A stretch of DNA of 64,000 bases from a virus: UHGV virus genome UHGV-1370141; one strand, given 5' to 3'. The translations under genes were made by a program, and so were the position numbers. Positions 38,623 through 48,544 of this stretch are shown piece by piece (position 1 is the stretch's first letter; each line of letters begins with the position of its first letter). A model generated the notes under the pieces. That model was not told the origin of the DNA, did not search any database, and saw only the letters and a program-made list of their open reading frames with translations.

Positions 38623-40326
38623 TTACTCGCCGAAAGCGCCGAATACACCGCCTGCGGTGGAAATGTTGTCAGGAGCACCAAAGCTACCGAAAGAACCGAA
38701 GCTATTGGTAGGCGCAGCCGCTGCCGTAGGAATGTTGGACAGGATATTAGTCCGGTTTTGTCCACGGTTGAATTCCTGATAACCTTCTTCTACTTTGTTC
38801 ATCAGCTGTGCCGTTTCAACAGCCAACTGATTGGTGTAGTTAAGGTCAGTTGTCACCCCACTGTGGATACGCGCTTTCATGAACGATGCGAAAGTGTAAT
38901 ACTCAGGCATCTCACCATCGAGTTCAATCTCAATGCGCGTTACCACACCAACGATACAAGTTACTGTCATGCAGCAACGGATACGGTTGTGTTTGGTCAC
39001 TTGTAGCATCAAACCTTGGAGATCGCTCATGAAACGACGTGCTAATACATCCGGCAAACCTTCGTCTGTTAATGCACCGAGAGTGTGGTGAGCAACTTGC
39101 AGCATCGGTTGTGTGGAAATATCCGCCATGCGGTTATCGTAGAAGAAGGTAATCTCACCAATCAAGTTACGGGACACGATTGGGCCGAGTACCATCGCCA
39201 AATCAAACGCAACCAGAGAACCTTGGGTAGAATAGTTATTACGTCCTACCCAATCGTCGGTACGTTCAATCTCACCGAAACCACGGCGGTCAGCTACCGC
39301 TAGAGATTGCGAAATCGCAATATCCAAATCTTGCGGGTTCATGATTGCGTTACGCAAATCAGCTAACTTAAACGCTGCGCGGTTGACTGCGTTCCAACCA
39401 CCAGACACATCCGACGTCGCGTTCGTTAACGCGGCACGGAAAGCACGGATCAGTTCGTAGTTATTGAAATTGCGCATTACCCCGATTTGGTTCAGCTCAG
39501 ATTCCACGCCAAGAGAATGGTCACCTGCAAAGAAGCTGTCTACCGTGCTCAGCTCTGTTTCAATCCCCATCGTGTTGATGAAAGAATTCGCAATCGCTGT
39601 AACAAAAGACTCAGGACGAGTCAGTTGACCAGACATCAGCTGCGGCGCGGATTGACAGTTCGCAGAGATAACCGTTTGGTCATCGTAAGTGAACTTCTCA
39701 CCTGCGTTAATCAGATTACGAATCGTGGATGCTGCTTTTGCAGTAGAGATTGCATCGATGGTGTGTTCACTGTAGCTATCTACTGTCAGAGTTTTAGACA
39801 GCACGTAGTTATCAACCAGACGGAAAGAATCTGGGTTGATACGACGTCCCCCGAACGCATCGGTAATGTACGTACACTGCAAGCCGTAGATTTCATTGAT
39901 GTATAACACCATGTCATCTGGCAGGTGGTTAAATACGGAACGCTCTGCCTGGGAGGTATAACCCGAGACGACATAACGGGTTTCCTGCGTACGACTTTCG
40001 TTAATCACGTTACCTACGATAATCGCAACGAAGTTATACACGCCAGTGTCACGGGAATTATACTGGAATTGTACCGGACGAGATTCATCATCGCTTACGT
40101 TAATCAGCGGAGTTTCAACGCCGGTCGGAGTATTATCAAACCCTACAATCTGCCCTAACGCTTCTTGATAATCTCGAGTCTTGGTCGCATTCTCGCCGTG
40201 TTGCGCCACAACGTTTACGAGTTCATCTAAAGCGTACTTAGATTCAAAGAACCCAATACGACGACGAATCTGTTTAGGAATTTCGTACACTGGGTTGATT
40301 TGAAGCTTTAGAAGTTTCATTGCCAT
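38623..40326 (-). CDS. hypothetical protein with C-terminal SFG-repeat tail
   Basis: C-terminus SFGSFGSFGAPDNISTAGGVFGAFGE; RBS CTAAAGGAGTATTTA. Confidence 0.65.
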   Translation of the reverse strand: MAMKLLKLQINPVYEIPKQIRRRIGFFESKYALDELVNVVAQHGENATKTRDYQEALGQIVGFDNTPTGVETPLINVSDDESRPVQFQYNSRDTGVYNFVAIIVGNVINESRTQETRYVVSGYTSQAERSVFNHLPDDMVLYINEIYGLQCTYITDAFGGRRINPDSFRLVDNYVLSKTLTVDSYSEHTIDAISTAKAASTIRNLINAGEKFTYDDQTVISANCQSAPQLMSGQLTRPESFVTAIANSFINTMGIETELSTVDSFFAGDHSLGVESELNQIGVMRNFNNYELIRAFRAALTNATSDVSGGWNAVNRAAFKLADLRNAIMNPQDLDIAISQSLAVADRRGFGEIERTDDWVGRNNYSTQGSLVAFDLAMVLGPIVSRNLIGEITFFYDNRMADISTQPMLQVAHHTLGALTDEGLPDVLARRFMSDLQGLMLQVTKHNRIRCCMTVTCIVGVVTRIEIELDGEMPEYYTFASFMKARIHSGVTTDLNYTNQLAVETAQLMNKVEEGYQEFNRGQNRTNILSNIPTAAAAPTNSFGSFGSFGAPDNISTAGGVFGAFGE

Positions 40327-40359
40327 TTTGTAAATACTCCTTTAGGTTATGCCGATAAA

Positions 40360-42021
40360 TTACTGATTAAACCACGCCACTTCTTCACATTTCTTCCTGT
40401 TCTGAATTAACAGGAATTCTGCTAACATGTTCTGAAGTCGTGGGTGTGGTGTGTAGCCTAACATCACTTCTCCACTCCGAAGCATTCTTGCTGCTTCAGG
40501 TGTTGCCCTGAGATTGAAGTTAAACGGCGCAATATGTTCACGTACCAACAACGTCAAAGACGTCTTCAATGTTGACTGTTCGTAGATATTGCGATTGGTA
40601 CGGTATGCCTGAGGATAAAATCTATCCGATTTTATTTTGATCTCATTATCAATAGGTTCGATTGGATAACCCCCATTGTTGGGATCTAAAACCATTTCAC
40701 AGCTTAGCAACTGTGCAATCTCATGCATTCCGTAGTAGATATAAATCGCTTGTGCGATCCCCATTGCATTCTTAAACGCAGCAGCGTCAATGTCCTTATA
40801 GGTTCTGCGGTCAGCAAAGCGATGCAGTGCGGCTGCAACCAACCACTCGTACAGTTCGTAGAACGGATATTGATGATTCAGGTGAATAGAATCAATCAGT
40901 ACCTTAGCATCCGCAGGAGCGATATCGATCCCTAAGGAACGAACCACACGACGATAATCGTTGAAAAACTCTTGGGTACGAACAAACTCTTTCATCGGCG
41001 CTTTAGAGCGCGCTTGAACCAAGTCTATCGCACAAGTTTTCCCTTTCTCACCGTTAAACATAATCTTTTCAGGATGCGCTTTTAAGATGACGTTCTGTGA
41101 CGAAATCTTTCCTGCAAATCCTGTTTCGATTTCCTGCTTGATATTAAAGTACATCCCTGCAACGATGTTGTTCTCCACCATCGTACCTGGAGGTAACTCT
41201 GCGCCGATGAGTTTCATGGCGATTAAGCGAATCACCGCGAATGCCATGATGTACTCTTCCACCATATCCGTACCGTAACCACAGATAGAGGCCAGCACCG
41301 TTAAGTTCGCACTGTTCGGTCCTTTATTGCCACCGTCCTGTACTTTCGAAATCACCGACACTAAGAAGTCCCGCAATTTACTGATTGCAGGTAGTTGTGC
41401 TATCTCGGTGTCGTAAAGCAATTCCATGCAATGGGTTAAGTTATAAACGCTTTTCCGCTTGGAGTCCACAGCGGCGCGTGTTGTTGGGAAAGCATCCATG
41501 ACCAAGAATACCGGAATGAACGGTTTTACCATCAACGACAGTATGACCAGTTCGTAGTAGTCTTGTACGATATACGTCATCTCTTTCGGATAGTTAGATG
41601 ACATTTCTTCGTAAGTTTCGTGGACGTTTTGAGGAATCCACACGGAGCTTTGTGGATAGAGTTGGCGGAATCTGTCCGCGTGGTGGAATTTGGCAATTTG
41701 TGCAACAATCTCTGGCGCATGTTTACGAATCGTTTCGGGTTCTTCATTACCCAGCATTTCTAACTCTTCGTACGCCGAGAATAATTCTTCCTTTTCCTCC
41801 GACGTTAACGTTGACCAATAACGTTCGATTTCCATGAACATAATTTTGTCATGGGTAACCACTTTGCCGGAGCTATCGCGTACGTCTGGCACATTCGCAT
41901 CTTTGCGTCCATTACGGAATCCGTTAAACCCTACTTCCTTATCACCGTAACTAATAATGAGACGGTCGCGATTTTTCTCAATACGCATTTTAAAATCTCC
42001 AGGGATAACATAGTCGACCAC
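40360..42021 (-). CDS. hypothetical protein (553 aa)
   Basis: ORF track; GTG start. Confidence 0.6.
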   Translation of the reverse strand: MVDYVIPGDFKMRIEKNRDRLIISYGDKEVGFNGFRNGRKDANVPDVRDSSGKVVTHDKIMFMEIERYWSTLTSEEKEELFSAYEELEMLGNEEPETIRKHAPEIVAQIAKFHHADRFRQLYPQSSVWIPQNVHETYEEMSSNYPKEMTYIVQDYYELVILSLMVKPFIPVFLVMDAFPTTRAAVDSKRKSVYNLTHCMELLYDTEIAQLPAISKLRDFLVSVISKVQDGGNKGPNSANLTVLASICGYGTDMVEEYIMAFAVIRLIAMKLIGAELPPGTMVENNIVAGMYFNIKQEIETGFAGKISSQNVILKAHPEKIMFNGEKGKTCAIDLVQARSKAPMKEFVRTQEFFNDYRRVVRSLGIDIAPADAKVLIDSIHLNHQYPFYELYEWLVAAALHRFADRRTYKDIDAAAFKNAMGIAQAIYIYYGMHEIAQLLSCEMVLDPNNGGYPIEPIDNEIKIKSDRFYPQAYRTNRNIYEQSTLKTSLTLLVREHIAPFNFNLRATPEAARMLRSGEVMLGYTPHPRLQNMLAEFLLIQNRKKCEEVAWFNQ

Positions 42022-42121
42022 AAAGATAAAATCTATCTAAGATAACTTCGACTGTGTTCTGCACACATACACGATAAGAAGCCCCAGGATTCCCTGGGGC
42101 TGAATTATTGTTTTACGTTAA

Positions 42122-42763
42122 TTAGATAATGTCGTCAAAACTGCTGTCTGGTGCGGGTGCTTTTGTTGCCTGTTGGTTGTAACCACCGCCGTTATTGTTG
42201 CTATTATAGCCGCCACGACCGTAGCTACCGCCACCAGTGTTGTTGAACTCGCGAGGTTTATAGTTGTCACGGAAATCTTCCAGGAAGATATCAGCATTCT
42301 TAATAAACGCACGCAGAGTACGTTCTGCCAGTTCTAAATCAGAAACCTGTTGGCCATTACGGAAAACACGATAACCTTTCGGATAGGTGAAGTAGAATTT
42401 CTTCTGGCGTGCGCCAGCTCCTGGGATCTCACCACTGATAGCCATGAACGGCGTCAGGTTTTCATCGCGGCCTACGTGCAAGCTAACTGGCGATTTCTTC
42501 CCTTTAGCATCTTCCCATTTGTGAACGATTTTCTCTGCCTTAACCAACACGGTGCGCAGCGTTTCGAAAATGTCCACACAAACGGTATAGCCAGCAGTAA
42601 AATACAAACCTTCGCCTTTACCGAAAGAATAGCTGAACTTCATCAGCTCAACGTCACCGTTGAATTCGTTAAGCTCGATACCCAGTTTACGGGTACGTCC
42701 CTGCTGATCTGGTTCGGTTTGCGGGTAAAGATATTTTTCTTTAAAGAAGTTTTTGTTAACCAT
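42122..42763 (-). CDS. SSB-like protein candidate
   Basis: Gly/Asn-rich linker followed by acidic C-terminal tip ...PAPDSSFDDII, reminiscent of the SSB C-terminal tail; N-terminal fold not verified. Confidence 0.4.
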   Translation of the reverse strand: MVNKNFFKEKYLYPQTEPDQQGRTRKLGIELNEFNGDVELMKFSYSFGKGEGLYFTAGYTVCVDIFETLRTVLVKAEKIVHKWEDAKGKKSPVSLHVGRDENLTPFMAISGEIPGAGARQKKFYFTYPKGYRVFRNGQQVSDLELAERTLRAFIKNADIFLEDFRDNYKPREFNNTGGGSYGRGGYNSNNNGGGYNQQATKAPAPDSSFDDII

Positions 42764-42821
42764 TTACTTTATCCTATTCTACATTTTCGGAGTGCTCAAA
42801 CTAACAAAACGTTCTGTAAAA

Positions 42822-43658
42822 TTAGCGAGCCAGTCTGTGAAGGAACTCAATTACGAAAGGTTCGTTTACCAACTTCAAGCAACTGTAGATACGATCCATC
42901 GTCGTGTCTTGTCGCCAGTGATATTTTTCAGCGGTCTTTAACACCACTTTACGAACTTTTCTGTCCAGGGGAGCGAACATATACCCGTCGCCAAATAACG
43001 TCAGGAACGCTTTGTTAAACGGGATCTGTTCGGGTTTACCGTTAAGTTTCGTGTACCATTCTAATCGACCTTTAATCTTACCCGTGTGTGACTCTAAGAG
43101 ATTCAGTAACGGGAAATCTTTGTAGGCCAATAAGTCGGCAGGGTAATGGGTTAAAATCAGCGTATCGTGCTGCCCTTTCGGGTATACATCAAAGCTTTCG
43201 AACTTCTCAGCATATTTTTCACCGTACAACTTTAACGTGTCATGTTCTAACGCGTTATAGTGTAACTGGTTGGGCGTCATCTTTTCCTGCCCACCTGCGA
43301 TAGTACGGAACGACGCTTCGGGAAAGATTCTGTTCGCACTTTTGTACGTACAGAGATAAGGGACACATAGCACCGAAGGCGCTACCGCTTTCGCGGTAGC
43401 GTAGATAGTATTGATATCTTCTTCAATCGATGCCAGCATCACTTCAGGCGTTAATCTTTCACGATTTGTCTCAAACGCGTAAAACGCGTTACGGAACAGC
43501 GTCCGTACATTCAGGTAAATTTCCTGATACTTGTGGATAGGGATCGGTCCCTTCCAGTCGGCATACTCTCCTTCATGGAGGAGCCCTTCAAAAGCCAACG
43601 ATGTGGCAATTGACATCTGATAAAACCCAAACGTGCGATCAACACTGATTGGGGTCAT
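42822..43658 (-). CDS. hypothetical protein (278 aa)
   Basis: ORF track. Confidence 0.55.
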   Translation of the reverse strand: MTPISVDRTFGFYQMSIATSLAFEGLLHEGEYADWKGPIPIHKYQEIYLNVRTLFRNAFYAFETNRERLTPEVMLASIEEDINTIYATAKAVAPSVLCVPYLCTYKSANRIFPEASFRTIAGGQEKMTPNQLHYNALEHDTLKLYGEKYAEKFESFDVYPKGQHDTLILTHYPADLLAYKDFPLLNLLESHTGKIKGRLEWYTKLNGKPEQIPFNKAFLTLFGDGYMFAPLDRKVRKVVLKTAEKYHWRQDTTMDRIYSCLKLVNEPFVIEFLHRLAR

Positions 43659-44803
43659 TTAATACTCCTGATAATGTCAGTAACAATTTGTGTATCGTAT
43701 TTAAACGGCACAAGTGCTTCTAACATAATCGACTCAACATTCTCTTCAGAGATAGTTTCTTCGACTTCAGCGTCGAGAGCGAAACCTGCTGCGAGAACTT
43801 GCTCTTCTTCAGGCGTACGAATACGCGTGCCTGAAATATGGAAAGAATATTGCGACTTCCATTTAGTAATGGCCTCGGCCAATGGAGAATCAGGATAATA
43901 TTCAATTTCCAACCGCCCTATCTCGTAGGACGGATGAGTATCAATATACTCTAACGCCTTGAGACACTTCGCATACTGCGATTCGTAGTCTTCTTCTGCC
44001 GCAATTTTTATTTGCGGGCAAGCGCGTTCGTTAACCAGGAAATAATCCCTGGCCAACTCAGGAGTGAAATCGACAATAGCAAAGCCTTTGTCCTCTTCTT
44101 CACCCATTACCAGACGATCGGGACTGCCTGGTACACGAATCTTACCCAACTGTTTTCGACGATGATCGTGGTGAATGATAATCAAATGCTTGACTAACGG
44201 TTCCCAAAAATCAGTGTGGAAAAAACGGGTAGACTCAACAGGAACTTGAAACTGAAAACAGCCATGCATAAAGCAGAAGTCCATCTGCTCTATACCGCGC
44301 GTGGCTAAAAGCTCAGCCATTTCCTTTTCCGTTGCGGTGGCGTCAATTGTCTCCGACCCTAGGGCTTTATACTCGTCCTGAACCCACCCAATCGTGGCAT
44401 CAAGTGCCTCGTCGTAGAAAACACCAATCTTATCCAGATACAAACAATCTGCGCCAACGGCTGAATTCAGCTCCTCGACAATTTTTGACTGTTTATGATC
44501 GTGGGACGGTGTTCCCTCCAGGACACGGATTGCCGTATTGGTGCTTTTAGCCCAGAACAACAACCAAGTTAAAAACCCTATGGCTTCTTGAGAATCTTCC
44601 TGCCGCAAGTGCCGGGAATCATCAAATAGATCACCAGCTATATAAATAGCGTCAATCGTGTTTTCAAACTTCACCAACGTCTCTTTCAACACATTAACAA
44701 TGTGCCACGTCGGTACACGGCGATGCAAGAGATGTACATCGCCTGTTGAAAAGATACGTTTAACGCCCGCAGGTTTCGGCGGAGGATTAGTAATCGTAAT
44801 CAT
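43655..44803 (-). CDS. calcineurin-like metallophosphoesterase (SbcD/Mre11-type nuclease candidate)
   Basis: ordered motifs GDVH, GDLFDD, GTPSHD, HHDH. Confidence 0.55.
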   Translation of the reverse strand: MITITNPPPKPAGVKRIFSTGDVHLLHRRVPTWHIVNVLKETLVKFENTIDAIYIAGDLFDDSRHLRQEDSQEAIGFLTWLLFWAKSTNTAIRVLEGTPSHDHKQSKIVEELNSAVGADCLYLDKIGVFYDEALDATIGWVQDEYKALGSETIDATATEKEMAELLATRGIEQMDFCFMHGCFQFQVPVESTRFFHTDFWEPLVKHLIIIHHDHRRKQLGKIRVPGSPDRLVMGEEEDKGFAIVDFTPELARDYFLVNERACPQIKIAAEEDYESQYAKCLKALEYIDTHPSYEIGRLEIEYYPDSPLAEAITKWKSQYSFHISGTRIRTPEEEQVLAAGFALDAEVEETISEENVESIMLEALVPFKYDTQIVTDIIRSIK

Positions 44804-45449
44804 CGAAACGTCTTGTTTTAACGGGTTCGGGTTTCTTCTCTACAACCTGGGCGGGTTTACTTTTACCTTCAATCTGATTGCAAAGTTCTTCCAACCCTTC
44901 TGGATAAGGAAGTTGACCGTTAACTTGATAGCGACGGAAAATCCAGTTTAAGAGATCGATGACTTTTTTTGCCCGCAGTGCATTTTCTTCGTACGACAGT
45001 CTCTCGATACCGTCTAACGTGTAATCGATCATCTGGTGCAACTGCTGCTCACCCACTTCGGAGATAATATCAGCAGTCTGCCGAATAGCTTCCGTCTCCT
45101 CCGTTAATGAGGGTTGACCTTCAACGTGTTGAAGAGAACGACCGGTATTCAGCAACGGTGGGATAGTGAATAACAGTTTAGAATGGTCAGCATCCGAAAC
45201 AATCTGTAACGGAACAAACGCGCTACCGACGTAATCTACCCAAGTGTCTTCGTTAAACGTACCGTCTAACATCCCTGACAACAAAGGTAAGCCCTGACGA
45301 CGGAACATCGATTCTGTAAAAACACTGCACACATTCTGGCCTTGCTGGAGTACGCTCTCCATTTCCAGAAGTTTATCGTATTCGAATTTAGCGCGGCCAG
45401 AAAGTTCATTAATAGGAACCCCATTAAATTTTCCTGGTTCTTGACTCAT
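44787..45449 (-). CDS. hypothetical protein (220 aa)
   Basis: ORF track. Confidence 0.5.
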   Translation of the reverse strand: MSQEPGKFNGVPINELSGRAKFEYDKLLEMESVLQQGQNVCSVFTESMFRRQGLPLLSGMLDGTFNEDTWVDYVGSAFVPLQIVSDADHSKLLFTIPPLLNTGRSLQHVEGQPSLTEETEAIRQTADIISEVGEQQLHQMIDYTLDGIERLSYEENALRAKKVIDLLNWIFRRYQVNGQLPYPEGLEELCNQIEGKSKPAQVVEKKPEPVKTRRFDDYDY

Positions 45450-45451
45450 CT

Positions 45452-45835
45452 TTATTCGTCCTCAATACGTGAAGTTTCAGTTTCGACATACCGTTCAACA
45501 TCGTACCAAATCCCGCCCGATTTCGCACGAGCTTGAATAATGATACGATAACGAACATCAGTATCGGGGAGATACTCCCATTTCGTTTCGACCTCAACGC
45601 CCTCAGGGAAGATATTCCCGTAAATAGCAGTCAGGTCAGATTTGACTTTGGAAGCAAGACCGTCGGGATCTTGTGCATACATTTGCTGTGCTTTTGCTAA
45701 TGAACGCACATTCCCTTGATAAATCTGCGATTGGCTATACCCTGCTTCTGTATAGTGATTCATTGCCTCACGAATACGTTCGCGGGGAGTTCTGGCCCAA
45801 CCGCGAGTAGAAACTGTTCCTACTGCAATAGCCAT
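45452..45835 (-). CDS. hypothetical protein (127 aa)
   Basis: ORF track. Confidence 0.5.
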   Translation of the reverse strand: MAIAVGTVSTRGWARTPRERIREAMNHYTEAGYSQSQIYQGNVRSLAKAQQMYAQDPDGLASKVKSDLTAIYGNIFPEGVEVETKWEYLPDTDVRYRIIIQARAKSGGIWYDVERYVETETSRIEDE

Positions 45836-45904
45836 CTTACTCTCCTATCACATTGATAGCTCGAGCTGTAATTAAGAAAAAATAAGGGGCCGAAGCCCCT
45901 CACT

Positions 45905-46492
45905 TTAGCAGGACGCACCAAGTTCTGAACAGGGATCTTCATCTTCCCAGTCAAAACTTCGCATACGTGCCCAGTTAATCTGCATGTCAACTTGCTGAAC
46001 GCGAGTAAGTCGATTGGAGCGATCTTCGTTGGATACCCAGTTCCAGATACGATCCTCGTCGTACTCCGTTGACATACCTGACGTAACTTCACGATAGTTA
46101 TCGTCAGTGTGCATGTACGCCGAGCCTCGGAATCGGTCTACCTTAGAGTAACCGTTCTCAAAGCCCGTCGCCATGTTATTGTTGTAGAGCTGTCGGTATT
46201 CCGGCATTGCAATTAAGAACGGTTGTAACGCCTCATTCGCAAACTGGAATTGCCCGATAGTTTCAAGTTGTCTTACTACATTCGTTGCATCGCTATTTTG
46301 AACCTTACGCGCAGCTGCGTACATTTCGCGGAAACGTTGCAATGAGATCAGTTCATTACACTTCTGCTTCACGCGCTCAACCATATCCGGTGCGAAACTA
46401 GACAGGTTAAAGTTCTCTTTGAAATAACGATACATACCGCTATTTTCGTCTTGACGCTGCCAAATAGACCCGCCTAGATTCCACATGCCCAT
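45905..46492 (-). CDS. hypothetical protein (195 aa)
   Basis: ORF track; terminator hairpin GGGGC-CGAA-GCCCC downstream. Confidence 0.55.
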   Translation of the reverse strand: MGMWNLGGSIWQRQDENSGMYRYFKENFNLSSFAPDMVERVKQKCNELISLQRFREMYAAARKVQNSDATNVVRQLETIGQFQFANEALQPFLIAMPEYRQLYNNNMATGFENGYSKVDRFRGSAYMHTDDNYREVTSGMSTEYDEDRIWNWVSNEDRSNRLTRVQQVDMQINWARMRSFDWEDEDPCSELGASC

Positions 46493-46498
46493 GTTTTA

Positions 46499-48456
46499 CT
46501 ACCCCGCCATTAAGATTAATTCTGAGTCGATGGCGATACCCGCCTCCAGATCTTCTTCGGTATCGCGTAAGAAACGGTTTTCCATGCTGATAAGCTCATT
46601 GTGTAACACCATGCTGCTAGACACTTCGTCTACGTTTGTGCTGGACATAAATCCGTTATCTGGGCGATAAGCCAGCGCCAAATCCATCTCCGTGGTATCG
46701 ACTAAAAGTCTAACCTGTAATTGGTCGCCGTCGAAATCCTGTTTGTCCACTCCATTCCTTTTGGAGCAGGTGTGCAATGACACCCTCCCATGTTTTCACA
46801 TGGGCACAGACTATATCATAACCGTAGGTATTGCTACCCGTAGGTCTCCCCCACTTCGCCGCTAAACTAAGCAGCTACTCTACTCGGTTTTACCCTTTCG
46901 ATAGTCGTTGAACGATTTTCATCGCTGCTGGTTATCCATTATCACAACCCTTAGCATTATTGGTTAGCATAGGCTATCTTACGAATTGTTTCTGACTTTC
47001 GCCACCCTGTCGGGATCGTAAGCTTTAGGAGTTTCCAGCAATTCGAGGGATACGCACTAGAGGTTTCCCGTCTAGTGGGCCAAATTTTAGCATTCGGAGC
47101 TTTGATGACGCGATCGGAGATACGTAACGAACACTGTGTAACATCAGGGTTAACAGCTGAGATAAATAATGTCTGAATAGACAACTGTACAAGCGTCGGG
47201 TTTCGTAGCGCTGATATCATCAGGCCGTAACCGCCACGAGACTCCTTAATAAGTTCGTTGATAATTTCATGAACCAACGGTACGTACTGCATTGATGCAA
47301 ATGCAATAACACGTTCACACTGCCGTGGTGTGAAGTTCCGTCGACCGAGTTTGTTTTCAATAGCTACAGATTCTAACGTCACTAGCCAACGCCAAGGTGC
47401 AATAACCTTCATAGCGTCATGCGGTTCTGAGATTGGAGAGATTGTTACACGACCACCCCACGGGATGTGTGTTGAACCTAACTTGGCACGATAGAATCCA
47501 GGTTTACCTTCCATCACCTCCTGACGATGGTCAATATAGAAGTACGCTAACTGGCGATTTGCTTTTAATGCGCGACTAATAATGAAATGGGTTGGGATGC
47601 GTCGTGCATTAGTATAAAGTAACGCGATGTTCTTAACCGCGTCTATTGCACCGGTATAAACAGGATCGATAAAGATACCCTGACGTCGTTCCTCCGTAAC
47701 GATCAGTTTGGGTGAAATGATTGGAAGATGAACCGGAAAGAAAGTGTGTGATTGTTCTTCGAAGAACTTTTTCCACTCTAAGCGAGTACGTTCGCTCTCA
47801 TATCGGTTATTTTTCGTTGGTGGATAAATTTCTTTCCAGACTTCAGGAGAAGTTAAGATATTGAATATTGTTCGATGGTGGTCAATAAAATTCCTAATGC
47901 CGCGTGGAACTTGATACTCGCTAAAGATACGTTTGATTATTCGGGATCGAGTACCTTCGTCTTTATCAGGTTTATAGCACGGATCTAACATCCACATCAA
48001 TAAATCAGAACCACGTTCTACGGTCACTTTGTTTCGGTTAAACTTCTTAAGTTTAGAACCGAAGAAAGCGTTAAACATCGACCAGAATCGTGGGTTAATA
48101 AAGTTGCCTATTTCCTCCGGGGCACGAATCCAGACTTCTGAAACAATACGATGTTCTGTCACTACATAGCCGCAGGTAGGACATCGCATACCGAGATTAT
48201 ATCGATGAACGATAGGTGCTTCACAATCAATACTACAAATGGGTGCCGAATTTAGCGTCTCGTCGACTGTCCGGTTCTGTAAGATTCGGTTAATCAACTC
48301 TGACGTCTCAATGGTGTCTTTATATTTCGCAACATCATTGATAATCATCGGCGGTTTATAGCCCTTTTCCTCCGCCTCTTTGAAAGCGTCACGTAACATT
48401 TTATCGTGACTGATTAATCGCCCTGATACACCGAAGTATTGTAATCTGTCTTTCAC
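46499..48456 (-). CDS. RNA polymerase beta'-like subunit, N-terminal module; intron-interrupted (exon 1 ~47150..48456, exon 2 46499..~46783)
   Basis: exon 1: Zn finger CSIDC...CPTCG, GKPGFYRAKLG...GGRVTISP, ISALRNPTLVQLSIQTLF; exon 2: HTCSKRNGVDKQDFDGDQ ... FMSSTNV. Confidence 0.65.
46784..47150 (-). other. group I self-splicing intron (no internal ORF)
   Basis: minus-strand GTTCAACGACTA (R-like) and GATATAGTCTG (S-like) P7 elements, P9-like hairpin before exon 2, frame change between exons, no RBS; boundaries approximate. Confidence 0.65.
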
Positions 48457-48470
48457 GCCAAATCCTCAAC

Positions 48471-48512
48471 AAAAAAAGAGAGGGAAGGGACAGGGGGTTT
48501 TTCCCCTGTCCC
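48471..48512 (-). terminator. intercistronic terminator/attenuator hairpin
   Basis: A-run then GGGACAGGGG-loop-CCCCTGTCCC between the 612-aa gene and the RNAP gene. Confidence 0.55.
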
Positions 48513-48544
48513 TAATTACTACCAATTACGCACTACTACATCTG

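Noticed and set aside
42350-43018. 222-aa plus-strand ORF
   Set aside because: Lies antisense across two minus-strand genes; no start context.
46957-47150. Last ~64 codons of ORF 46957..48456
   Set aside because: Homology to beta' ends before this point; the tail is read-through into the intron rather than real coding sequence.
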